Assembly: GCA_951406725.2 (NCBI GenBank)
Contig: OX597822.1
Span: 94,674,001-94,738,000, forward strand
From: Octopus vulgaris
Taxonomy: Eukaryota
Direction: 5' to 3'
Length of the DNA stretch: 64,000 nucleotides
The translations under genes and the position numbers were made by a program. The notes beneath the pieces are model-generated. The model ran no database searches. It had not been told where the DNA came from and was given only the letters and a program-made list of their open reading frames with translations. Shown piece by piece: positions 12,381-23,673 of this stretch (position 1 is its first letter; the number at the start of each line of letters is the position of its first letter).

Positions 12381-12756
12381 ACGCTGAGCTTCTTACCACA
12401 CAGCCACACCTGTGCCCTGAATGTTATATTTTTTTTATATCTTGGTAGTTTGCACCATACTTTACTTGTGTTAAATCAATGATATTTGATGATGTGAGAT
12501 AATAAAATTCAGTTGGGAAGTTGTTTTGAATTCCTCTTTTTTTTTTTCTTTGGTCAATAAACATCATGGGAATTACTTCTTTCGGAAAATTTCTGTTAGC
12601 AATTTCATACCACCAGCTGGTCTTCTAATCATATTACACATGTAGGGATCAACAAGCTATTTTGATTATCCCCTAAAACTAAAAAGAACTTTCTGGTAAA
12701 GGAAATGGAAAAGCTGATTCATCTTTCCTTCAAATTTTCCTAGTGTATTTTTAAAC

Positions 12757-13155
12757 AGGCGCAGGAGTGGCTGTGTGGTAAGTAGCTTGCTAACCGACCA
12801 CATGGTTCCGGGTTCAGTCCCACTGCGTGGCATCTTGGGCAAGTGTCTTCTGCTATAACCCCGGGTCGACCAATGCCTTGTGAGTGGATTTGGTAGATGG
12901 AAACTGAAAGAAGCCTGTCGTATATATGTATATGTATGTGTGTGTTTGTGTGTCTGTGTTTGTCCCCCTAGCATTGCTTGACAACCGATGCTGGTGTGTT
13001 TATGTCCCCGTCACTTAGCGGTTCGGCAAAAGAGACCGATAGAATAAGTACTGGGCTTACAAAGAATAAGTCGCGGGGTCGATTTGCTTGACTAAAGGCG
13101 GTGCTCCAGCATGGCCGCAGTCAAATGACTGAAACAAGTAAAAGAGTAAAAGAGT
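12757..13155 (+). mobile_element. Full-length SINE family A
   Basis: A-box-like tggctgtgtggta, B-box-like gggttcagtccc, core, internal microsatellite, tail (gtaaaaga)n. Confidence 0.93.
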
Positions 13156-13192
13156 TTGCCCCCACCACCCAATGTGTCTATGTGTGTGTATT

Positions 13193-13600
13193 GGTGCAAG
13201 CATAGTGGTGTATTTAAGGAGCTTGCTTTCCAACTATTTGTCCTTGAGTTCAACCCCTCTGTGCAAGAAGTGTCTTCTTGGGTAAGCGTCGTCTATATAA
13301 TTCCAGGTGATCACAGCCTTGTGAGCGGATTCCGTAGGCAGAAACTGAAAGAAGCCTGTCATAGATATTTGTATGTATATATGTGTGTGTGTGTGTTTAT
13401 GTTTGTGCCCCACCACCACCACCACCACCACCACTTGAGAACCGGTGTTGGTTTGTTTACATCCCTTTAACTTCGCAGTTTGGCAAAAGAGTCTGGTCGA
13501 GTAAATACCAGATTTAAAAACATTACTGGGATCAACCTGTTCAGCTAAACCTTTCAAGGCTATGCTCCAGCATGGTTGCAGTTGAAAGACTTAAACGAAT
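13193..13600 (+). mobile_element. Old SINE family A-related copy
   Basis: Degenerate head, gccttgtgagcggatt core and ctccagcatgg tail. Confidence 0.7.
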
Positions 13601-13614
13601 AATATATACATATA

Positions 13615-13837
13615 CAATAATCCCTCGGCTGTCGCAGGTGTTGCATTCCGAAACCCCTTGCGATTGGTCAAAATCCGTAACGTAGAAACAGTACTGTACT
13701 GTATATTTTTTTAAATTACTTTTTAAATTTGTATATATTTATTTTATTATAAATGCAAAACAACGCCACTGAGGAATCAGCATAAGCTTAAATAATAAAC
13801 CGCGATAGGTGAATCATGATATAATGAAGGATTACTG
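13615..13837. mobile_element. Tigger/pogo-like MITE
   Basis: Imperfect TIRs caataatccctcg / tgaaggattactg; TA on the left flank. Confidence 0.7.
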
Positions 13838-13963
13838 CATGTGTGTATGTGTATATGTATATATATAAAGGGAAAGTTTACGAAAATGAACAAAAGACGA
13901 AGGCAGGTGGAGTACAAACAAACAAATGTATTAGTATGGCGCTCAGGAATAGAAATAAAACAA

Positions 13964-14002
13964 GTCTTTTACGTTTCGAGCCTATGCTCTTCGACAGAAA
14001 GA
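13964..14002 (-). ncRNA. Minimal hammerhead-like motif in a Penelope-type terminal repeat
   Basis: ucuuu-CUGUCGA-a-gagc(auag)gcuc-GAAA-cg-UA-aaaga; stems I and II pair; the core has an A6-to-U variant. Confidence 0.6.
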
Positions 14003-14655
14003 TACACAGAAAAAAACCAAGGAGAGAAAAAAAATGCGTGTAGGAGCTAACGATCTATCATGGCATCCTGACTTCGGACTGTCATAATAGTAATAATAAT
14101 AATGATTTCAAATTTTGGCGCAAGGCCAGAAATATGCATTTTCTTGTAGCTTTGCGATTTTAATTTTGTAAAATCATTCATGATACACTCTGTGGAGTGG
14201 TTGGCATTAGGAGGGGCATCCAGCTATAGAAACCATTCCAGAACTGACAATGGGGCCTGGTGTGGCCCCTAGCATTTACCAGCTCTGGTCAAACCATTCA
14301 ACTCATGCCAGCATGGAAAACAGACTTATGATGATGGTGATGATGTTGTGTTTTTAGAATAATCTTGCAGGATGGTTGCAAGAGGCCACATCTTGATAGT
14401 TTGACCATAAAATAGGTAGAATATTTGAACCAGATAGGGCCCATCTAAATACTAAAGGGTTAACTGAAATTTAAGTGATCATTTGCAAGTGAATATGACC
14501 TGGTAGCAAGTACCATGTTTCCATTTATTGTCTGTATAGTTGTGAGTAGATGTAGTTACTCTTTCAGACCTTCCATCCTTGACTGAGTAGAACATCCAGA
14601 GTGTAACAACTGAAAGGAGAAAGGGATGTGCCAGTTGTCTGGCTGGTATTCGTTG

Positions 14656-14884
14656 AAGGCGGCGAGCTGGCAGAAACGTTAGCACGTTGGGCGAAATGCG
14701 TAGCCATATTTCGTCTGCCGTTACGTTCTGAGTTCAAATTCCGCCGAGGTCAACTTTGGCTTTCATCCTTTCGGGGTTGATTAAATAAGTACCAGTTACT
14801 GGGGTCGATATAATCGACTTAATCCGTTTGTCTGTCCTTGTTTATTCTCTCTGTGTTTAGCCCCTTGTGGGTAGTAAAGAAATA
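14656..14884 (+). mobile_element. Full-length SINE family B with TSD
   Basis: TSD ggtattcgtt at 14645-14654 and 14885-14894. Confidence 0.92.
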
Positions 14885-14894
14885 GGTATTCGTT

Positions 14895-15035
14895 ACAGCT
14901 GAGTACTCTAGAACAACATGAAATGAAGTGCCTTGTGCAAGGACACAACATGTTGCCCTGTCCAGGAATTGAACACATGATGTAATGATCATGAGCCCAA
15001 CAACTCAACCACTTGACGATGTGCCTTCACACATG
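14895..15035 (-). mobile_element. SINE family E fragment
   Basis: Reverse complement resembles the heads at 17897 and 50447 (gttcaattcc, gtgtccttgcacaaggcactt). Confidence 0.65.
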
Positions 15036-16024
15036 TGAATAGTATGTAAGACTACATTACTGAATGTGTCCTTCCTTCTTTAAGGTAACACAGTGTGATT
15101 TCAGGAAAAGCTGACTGCTATTATTCATTTGTATTTCTGGAGGGCATTAATTCTACATTCTTCAGTCCACTTTAACGATAGGTACCAGTGATATCTTGGT
15201 GTCTTATCCAAAGATCTAATTCTGTTCTCCCAAATTTTATGAAATCAGAGTTAAACATTGATCTATACCAGCCACTTGGTTGGATTATGAAGAAATTTGA
15301 ATTGACTTTCATCGTTTCAAATTTATTATCCATAATTAACTGAAGCTAATTATCTATCTTCTTCAATTCACACTCTGTAACGAGCTTATGGACACTGCTT
15401 CTTTAACTATTAAAGTCACAAAAGACATCTTCAGTTCTTTTAAACAGAAAATTCTTCTCTTTTATTTTAATCATAATATAATTGCCAGTTGATGAATTCA
15501 CATGCATGCACGCACAGACACACACACAGACACACACACAGACACACACACACACACACGTATGCATATAATTATAGGAAGACCAATTACTGATTGATTG
15601 GCTCATACACACACATGCTCAAATGCACACACATATGTATATAATTACTGAAAGGCCAATTGGAAGTACATTGTACCATTTATAGCAGCACCCAAATTAT
15701 ATGGATTTAATCTTGGCAGTTATTTAAAATGCATTGCTATCACCACCCACTTTTTCCCAAATGGAAACTCTTGCATTCAGATTCACAGACGGGCTTTTGT
15801 ACACAAACTCTTAAGATCATTTAATTAATGAAGCCATACTGTGATCACATATCCTAAACTGTATACTTCGTTGAATCCCCTCCACCTTCTCCCACTACCA
15901 CCACTTCCACCTCCTCTGGGTATTTTGCAATGAGATGATGTTCACTAATGGTTTGTTAATAATGTGCTCTATTTTTCTACTCATTCTATTCTCTCTTAAA
16001 TTCGCCTTGCATTTTATTATTATT

Positions 16025-16578
16025 GAGTGAGAGAGCAGTTCATGCCATCAAAGTGACACTGGGGTAAAATATATGAAGCCCAATATACCCATCATGACTA
16101 CCCGTCTGATAAGGTTACACCAGGCACATGCATCACAACCATATGTGCGCGACATGGTGATCTCATATCAAAATAAACAGCACATGACCTTGCAGGTGGG
16201 GCCCAGTTAGAATTTTCTTCAGGTTGAGTAGCCCATCCCGCTCAAAAGGTCCCTGAATAAGGGTTGTTTAAGGATGTTGAACGAAACACCCATGTTTCCA
16301 GAGGTGAATTATTCAAACCCCAAAGAATCCCTCTCAACACATGGCTATGATGCTTCCCCACTACTTCTGCTCGTGATCAGAGATGCACATATCGTCAGCC
16401 ACTAAGGGACATGCTCAACTGGTTAAAGTCAAACAACTGAGAAGCAAATCTGTGGTATTGAGCAGAATATTTGCTGTAGCCCATCTTTTATACCAAGATA
16501 AAACAATGTACATGATAACACTTCCAATCAGTTAAGATCAGAAGCCATGAGAGCCACTGCCTGGTACTGCATCAGGGC
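16025..16578 (-). mobile_element. 554-bp family D element, second copy
   Basis: About a dozen substitutions and no visible indels versus 8794-9347; (ATT)n flanks. Confidence 0.85.
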
Positions 16579-16599
16579 TTTTATTATTATTATTATTAT

Positions 16600-16900
16600 T
16601 CGAGTGAGGTCGTCGCCAGTGCTGCTGGACTGGTTCCTGTGCAGGTGGCACATAAAAAACACCATTTGAGTGTGGCCGTAGCCAGTACCGCCTGACTGGC
16701 CCTCGTTCCGGTGGCACATAAAAGCACCCACTACACTCTTGGAGTCCAGCTGTAGAAACACTCTCGGGCATCCAGCTGTAGAAACTCTGCCAGATCAGAT
16801 TGGAGCCTGGTGCAGCCATCTGGTTCGCCAGTCCTCAGTCAAATTGTCCAACCCATGCCAGCATGGAAAGCAGACGTTAAACGATGATGATGATGATGAT
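16600..16900 (+). mobile_element. RTE-associated 3' tail repeat (family C) with (GAT)n tail
   Basis: ggcatccagctgtagaaac...catggaaagcagacgttaaac(gat)n. Confidence 0.85.
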
Positions 16901-16921
16901 TATTATTATTATTATTATTAT

Positions 16922-17345
16922 AGGTGCAGGAGTGGCTGTGTGGTAAGTAGCTTGTTTACCAACCACATGGTTCCGGGTTCAGTCCCACTGTGTAGCACCT
17001 TGGGCAAGTGTCTTCTACTATAGCCTCGGGCCGACCAAAGCCTTGTGAGTGGATTTGGTAGATGGAAACTGAAAGAAGCCTGTCGTATATATGTATATAT
17101 ATATATATATATGTATGTGTGCGTGTATGTTTGTGTGTCTGTGTTTGTCCCCCTAGCATTGCTTGACAACCGATGCTGGTGTGTTTATGTCCACGTCACT
17201 TAGCGGTTCGGCAAAAGAGACTGATAGAATATGTACTGGGCTTACAAAGAATAAGTCCCGGGGTCGATACGCTCGACTAAAGGTGGTGCTCCAGCATGGC
17301 CGCAGTCAAATGACTGAAACAAGTAAAAGAGTAAAAGAGTAAAGA

Positions 17346-17347
<2 letters not shown>
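16922..17347 (+). mobile_element. Full-length SINE family A
   Basis: High identity to 12757-13155; followed by (TA)n. Confidence 0.93.
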
Positions 17348-17403
<56 letters not shown>

Positions 17404-17896
17404 ATAAAAGATCTTGTTTGAATTGTCTCTTCTGTTCTTTGTCCACTTATGACTGCCAGAACTTAATGATATTTAACTAATCAATGACTAACGATATTTA
17501 ACTACCAGATAACTGTTCAATAAAACTCTTTGCTGTAACAAAGGCTTGGTAGATGTTCTGAAATCATTGAATCCCGTGATGATATTGAGGCCGCAGTAGT
17601 AATAATAATGCAGTCAGTTAAGCTACTAGACAAATACTTTATACTAAGCAAGGCAGCTTCACAGTATCATTATTATTGTTTAATGTCCATTTTATCTATG
17701 CTTGTATGGGTCGGGCAGAGTTTGTCGAAGCTGATTTTTCTACAGCTTGATGCCATTGCTGTCTCCGACCCAAGAATGCTTTCATAGAAAATTGGAAACA
17801 AATGACACCACTTGTATGGAGGTGTCATTCATTTAAACTATCATGTGATGTCGAGGCAAGGAAGCTCAGACATACACACACACACACACACACATA

Positions 17897-18230
17897 CATG
17901 GCTCAGTGCTTAGAGCATTGGACTCACAATCATGAGGTAGTGAGTTCAATTCCCTGACCAGGCTGTGTTTTGTGTTCTTGAGCAAGACACTTTATTCCAC
18001 ATTGCTCCTGTTCACTCAGCTGTAGAATGAGATACGACATCACTGGGTGCCAAGCTGTATCAGCCCCTTTTGCCTTTCCCTTGGATAACACCAGTGGTGT
18101 GGAGAGGGGAAGCTGGTATGCATGGGCAACTGCTGGTCTTCCATCAACCTTTGCCCAGATTTGTGCCTTGGAGGGTAACTTTCTAGGTGCAGTTCCATGG
18201 TCATACATGATCAAGGGGGATCCACATATA
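17897..18230 (+). mobile_element. tRNA-derived SINE family E
   Basis: A-box-like tggctcagtgcttagagc, B-box-like gagttcaattccc, core gtgttcttgagcaagacactt. Confidence 0.75.
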
Positions 18231-18306
18231 TATACATATATATTTATATATATACATACATACATATATATATATATACATACATACATACATACATAGA
18301 TACATG

Positions 18307-18337
<31 letters not shown>

Positions 18338-18423
18338 ATATATATATATATATATAAATATATGTGTATATATATGTGGATCCCCCTTGATCATGTATGA
18401 CCATGGAACTGCACCTAGAAAGT
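18178..18423. repeat. ~245-bp fold-back palindrome
   Basis: Outer ~58 bp of the arms are perfect reverse complements; the inner part is self-complementary TA/TACA microsatellite centred on tacatgta. Confidence 0.95.
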
Positions 18424-18620
18424 ATACGTATTTATATACGTATATATATATATGTATGTATATGTGTGTATGTATGTATATATATATGTGTGTGTGTGTG
18501 TGTATGTATATGTATATATATATATATATATAAATATACATACACACACACACACACATATATATATACACACATATACATACATATATATATATACATA
18601 CGTATATACACATGTATACT

Positions 18621-18664
<44 letters not shown>

Positions 18665-18947
18665 CACACACACACACACACACACATATGCATATATGAT
18701 GGTCTCCTTTCTGTTTCCATCTACCAAATCTACTCATAAGGGTTTGGTCAGCTTTAGGGGACTGTGAAAGGCACTCGCCAAAAGTGTTACACTGTGGGAT
18801 TGAACCCCAAACCACCTTAACCACATGGCCATGCTGATACCTATCTAGATTTTCAACAAGACATCAAACCTACAAATACGCTGGTGATCTATTCAGTTAA
18901 CTAAATCCCCTGCCCCAAAACCAGACTGCAACTCATTAAAAGAAACT

Positions 18948-19350
18948 AGGAGTGACTGTGTGGTAAGTAGCTTGTTTACCAACCACATGGTTCCGGGTTC
19001 AGTCCCACTGCATGGCACCTTGGGCAAGTGTCTTCTACTATAGCCTCGGGCCGACCAAAGCCTTGTGAGTGGATTTGGTAGACGGAAACTGAAAGAAGCC
19101 CATCGTATATATGTATATATATGTGTGTGCATGTGTGTGTTTGTGTGTCTGTGTTTGTCCCCCTGGCATTGCTTGAGAACCGATGCTGGTGTGTTTATGT
19201 CCCCGTCACTTAGCGGTTCGGTAAAAGGGACAGATAGAATAAGTACTGGGCTTACAAAGAATAAGTCCCAGGGTTGAGTTGCTCGATTAAAGGCGGCGCA
19301 CCAGCATGGCCGCAGTCAAAATGACTGAATCAAGTAAAAGAAAAAGAGAA
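18948..19350 (+). mobile_element. SINE family A
   Basis: Aligns end to end with other copies. Confidence 0.92.
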
Positions 19351-19464
19351 AAAATTAGTTCTTATATTTGTTATGCAAAAACACATGTGTAAATAATGAT
19401 GACAAGATCTTCATTACTTGACCTAGTGAAGGTTTTGGATAGCTGGTATTCCTACTGTCTCCAC

Positions 19465-20035
19465 TGTTTGGACTAGCTCATAATCGCCACCTTTTGATTA
19501 ATCTGTAATCCTTCTTCATCCTCCCCTTTCTTAGACTAATCCATAATCTTTCTTCACGACCATTCTTGGATTAATCAGTAATTTTTCTTCATCTCTACCT
19601 CTTCTTGGACTTATCTATAACTTTCTTCTCTAACATTCCTCAGACTAATCTACGATCTTTCTTCATCCACACTCTTGAAGTATTCCACATCCCCAATCCA
19701 GAATCTTCCTTTGTCCCCTGCTCTTGGACTAATACCCTGGTTTGCATTTCACAACCTTGGGCTAATTCTCTCATTTGGACTAATCTGTAATCTTTCATCT
19801 CCACCCTTGGACTAATCCATAGTATCTTCTTTCATCCTTACGCTTGGATTAATCCAGAGTCTTCTTTTATCTCCCACTCTTGGACTAATCCATAATCTTT
19901 ATCCTCCACTCTTGGACAAATCCATTTTCTTCATCTCCTTTCTTTGGAACAATCCATATTCATTCTTTATCCACCTCCCTTGGGATAATCGATAGCCTTT
20001 CTCCATCTCTGCTATTCCTTGGACTAATCGATTGT
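19465..20035. repeat. Degenerate ~35-bp minisatellite (about 16 units, core ttggactaatcc)
   Basis: Recurrent tggactaatc variants spaced ~30-40 bp apart with pyrimidine-rich linkers. Confidence 0.85.
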
Positions 20036-20603
20036 GATAAAAACTCTCGATTGACCTCTGTGAACTCTCGTTTGTAAGTGATGATACTGCTACCAGATGC
20101 TGTTGCTGCTTTTGATAACAGTAATGTTGATGGCTTTCCTTTCTCTATGTATCAGCAACGATATTTTATGCAGCATTCGCCGGTTCTTCTATGTGCATTC
20201 AGGAAAGCATAACTGGATATACCACATTCCTATGACAGATATAACATTAAGATGCTATCACATTGCTATGATATTACACAAAGACGATGCACTTAGCCAA
20301 ATACTTTTGCAGTGGGCGGGACTGTTGCTTGCACACACTGAAGTGATTGCGTACAGTGTTTCTGCATGGATGTATTGGTACTGCATATGTGCATTGCTGT
20401 TCACTGTTAATGCGTTAATCATGGGGGTACAGTTTATTTTGTGTCGTGTATTATCTTCAATTTATCATCCTGATGAGAAGGAGCAGGAGCAGTGCCCCTG
20501 CTCATATTTCATCCTCTACATCCTCTTTGCCTGGGAGAACAGGATTGTCAAGTGGCGTTAACATGGTTAACATTCAGTACGGTTTCAAATTACAGTTCTG
20601 TAG

Positions 20604-20644
20604 GTTTGATGAGAAAAGGAAATTAATTCCAGAGGAAAGAAATG
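20604..20644 (+). CDS. Candidate internal coding exon (41 nt, phase 2-1): FDEKRKLIPEERN
   Basis: Acceptor ttctgtag|, donor |gtaggt; only one open frame; non-repetitive context; no homology recognised. Confidence 0.5.
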
Positions 20645-20915
20645 GTAGGTAAAAAGGATTCAATAGATTGATTTAATATTTGGCAGCGGTCAGAATTAGC
20701 ATGTTAAGACTAAAAGAAAAAAAAAAGCTAGGAATATTCCTTCTGTGTGTAGATGACATGTGTTTAAAAATTATTCAGGCATTTCACATCCATAGCGTTT
20801 CAAATCCAGTCTCATTATGCTCTACTTTTGGTAAATGCCTTCTTCTATAACCCTGAGACAATCACTGCCTTCTAAGTGAATAATGTAGACAGAAACTGTC
20901 TACATTATTCACTGT

Positions 20916-20954
<39 letters not shown>

Positions 20955-20974
20955 TTATGACAGCGATCCATATT

Positions 20975-21149
20975 GCGTCTGTCGATACGTTCAGAGTTCA
21001 AATTCCGCCGAGGTCGACTTTGCCTTTCATCCTTTCGGGGTCGATAAATTAAGTACCAGTTACGCACTGGGGTCGAAATAATCGACTTAATACCTATGTC
21101 TGTCCTTGTTTGACCCCTCTATGTTTAGCCCCTTGTGGGCAATAAAGAA

Positions 21150-21150
<1 letters not shown>
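20975..21150 (+). mobile_element. 5'-truncated SINE family B
   Basis: B-box, central domain and aaagaaata tail. Confidence 0.88.
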
Positions 21151-21180
<30 letters not shown>

Positions 21181-21711
21181 AATTAGAGATAAAACCACTA
21201 TTATGCAACTAAAACAGTGATAGACATAAACCAAAACATAAATAACAAATAATATATATTTTTATAAAACATATAACTAGATCTCAAAAAGTGTAAAAAT
21301 GAATGATCAATATGTAATAAGTAGATATATATATATATATATAATGTATGTAGGAGGCTAAATGATAATAACGTGTGTATGCACATACACACACTTACAG
21401 GTGCAGGCATGGTTCTGTGGTTTAGAAGTTTACTTTGCAACTATGGTTTCAGGTTCAGTCTTGCTGTGTGGCACCTAGGGCAAGCATCTTCTACTATAGC
21501 ATTATTTGTTTCAGTCATTGGACTGCGGCCATGCTGGGGTACTTCCTTGAATTATTTAATCGAAAAAATGAACCCAAGTACTTTTTTTTTAAGCCTGGTA
21601 CTTATTTCATTGGTCTGCTTTGCTGAACTGCTAAGTTATAGGGATGTAGATGAATTGATGAATCCATCCATCTATATGTGTATCATCTGTCTCTATCTGT
21701 CTGTCTGTCTA

Positions 21712-21736
<25 letters not shown>

Positions 21737-21743
<7 letters not shown>

Positions 21744-22464
21744 ATTATTAAAGAAGACAAGAAACATTAAGGCAAGGCAAACATCTCAAGTCATATACAT
21801 TATTGTTATTGGAAAAATAATTCAGTCTTAGAGCTGTTTCTGGGATTAAAAAAAAAACAGATAGAGATTAGTGACATGGAAGGTTTGCCTGACTAATATA
21901 TTTGTCTAACCTATGCTAGCATGGAAAAACAAACAAAAAAACAGACTTATGGACTTACTTCTACAAGATCGGAAAGTTGAACTGTGAACTTTTATGCTTC
22001 TTTTTTCTTGTCTGTCTTATTCTCCTTATTCATTTACTCTTGTCCTCTATGTCATCATTTCATTAACCCTTTTGATACCAACCCGGCTGAAACTGGCTCT
22101 GGCTCTGAGTACAAATGTCTTGTTTTCATAAGTTTTGAATTAAAATCTTCCACCAAACCTTAGTCACAGTCTATGTTCCTATCACTAGCTTAATGATAAC
22201 TAAGTTATTTTACTAAATTCTTTGTTATATTTAAAGTAATTGGAAGAAACACAGAGCATCTCAAAATAAATACAGTAACGAAAGGGTTAATCTACACCCT
22301 TCTCATTTACCCTATTTTTCTCCAGTGACAGAATATCCCATACTCTGGGATATCCCCGAAACAGCTGTAAGACTGAGTTTTTTCCCCAATAATAATAATG
22401 TATATGATTTGAGGAGATGTTTGCCTTGCCTTAACGTTTGTTGTCCTCTTCAACAATTATATAT
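21737..22464. mobile_element. Element with ~110-bp inverted arms starting at a hammerhead-half motif (Penelope-type inverted terminal repeat)
   Basis: 21737-21846 is the reverse complement of 22352-22464; both inner ends carry gaaacagct(g/c)taagac. Confidence 0.75.
22067..22286. mobile_element. piggyBac-like MITE
   Basis: TTAA at 22063-22066 and 22287-22290; CCC...GGG termini with an imperfect 12-bp TIR. Confidence 0.85.
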
Positions 22465-22705
22465 CCGCTATATTGGAAATCTGCAATGGCTCCATAACTA
22501 CTGGCTCAGCTATAACCTTGGAGCCCTAGTAATCTGTAAGAGCACTTACCTAGCGTACCTAACTGTTTAGATCACCTGTGAACTAAACCCCCATGTTTTG
22601 TGTGTATATGTGTGTGTGTGTGTGTGTATAAATCTATGTTTGTATGTATGTGCACTGGTGTGTTTGTATGCTTGTTAATATTTACACTTCTTCCAAAATT
22701 TGCAG

Positions 22706-22777
22706 CTATAAGTGGTGATGTTCTTGTCATCTCTCCTATCGACAAATTATCTACTGGCTCTGTACCTTCAAAGACAT
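22706..22777 (+). CDS. Candidate alternative exon (72 nt, phase 1-1), or start of an alternative last exon ending at TAG 22816-22818
   Basis: Acceptor cacttcttccaaaatttgcag|; open frame (A)ISGDVLVISPIDKLSTGSVPSKT; modest donor |gtgaaa. Confidence 0.3.
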
Positions 22778-23604
22778 GTGAAATAGGAGATCTCTTACTT
22801 AAAAAAAAAAACCGATAGAGATTAGTGACATGGAAAAACAGACATAAAAAAACCGATGTATCAAACCTGCAGTGCCATCTCTCAGCAGTAACCAAGGACG
22901 AATTATCCGATTTTGTGGTTCACTTGCACTGATAAGGTTTTTTTTTTTTCACTCTTAGGACACCAATTGTATTTAATTTTTTAGTTTATGGTACAATAGT
23001 TTTTTGTGTGGATTGTTTAGGCTCTCCATTTATTTTAGCTCTTCATTTTAATGCACTTGCTAAGCTTTGCATTGAAAAAAAAAATACTTCCCTAAGGCCA
23101 TATGTGGAATAAAGGCATTATTGTTGTTACTGTTGATGAGAATAATTGTAATTATTATAGTTTTAGTGGATTTTGTTTTTTATTTTTATTTTTTATGTAA
23201 GAAGCGGTTGTTATTATTTTCAGTCTTTATCCGAGAATTAATTCTGATATAAAGGCTGAAAATAAGGCACGCGCTTGCGTGAATACAGAAATACAGATAT
23301 CTAGCACACAAACAGAACAATACCCACCCACACACACACACACACACATGCATATAGAGATTTCAATGCACACATGTCCACTCACACACATACAACTAAT
23401 CTGCTTAGAGGAAACTATAAAAACAAAAAAGGCAAAAGCATTTTGCTGCAAGACAATTGTTGCTAAGCAATATTGTCATTCAACATGTGTTTATTTCCAG
23501 CACACCTCTCTTGTTTTTAACCGTTTTCATAGAACTCTATACTAGTCCTTTCTATTGCACTGTTTGTTTTGTCTGTGTGTCTGTGTGCGAACGTAACATT
23601 TCAG

Positions 23605-23673
23605 AGCTACATAGAACATTTCTGAAAAGCGGAATGACTCCATATTCCCTGAGTACTACCAACCCCTTTACCT
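23605..23673 (+). CDS. Candidate internal coding exon (69 nt, phase 1-1): (E)LHRTFLKSGMTPYSLSTTNPFT
   Basis: Acceptor catttcag|, consensus donor |gtgagt; in frame with 20604-20644. Confidence 0.5.

Larger units (their letters stand above)
10888..12418 (-). mobile_element. SINE family A interrupted by two younger insertions
   Basis: Pieces 10888-11188, 12072-12148 and ~12384-12418 reassemble into one copy. Confidence 0.85.

Noticed and set aside
12757-12830. tRNA-like heads of SINE A, B and E
   Set aside because: Only A/B-box remnants without a convincing cloverleaf; not tRNA genes.
14350-14463. Single piggyBac-like end (aagggttaa); similar at ~40670
   Set aside because: No matching opposite end identified.
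15166-15181. 16-nt microexon candidate in frame with 20604 (HFNDR)
   Set aside because: Weak donor gtacca; such matches are expected by chance.
17930-18824. Many overlapping YIYI/CVCV/HTHT ORFs (also near 4040, 27849, 56836)
   Set aside because: Dinucleotide microsatellites lacking stop codons.
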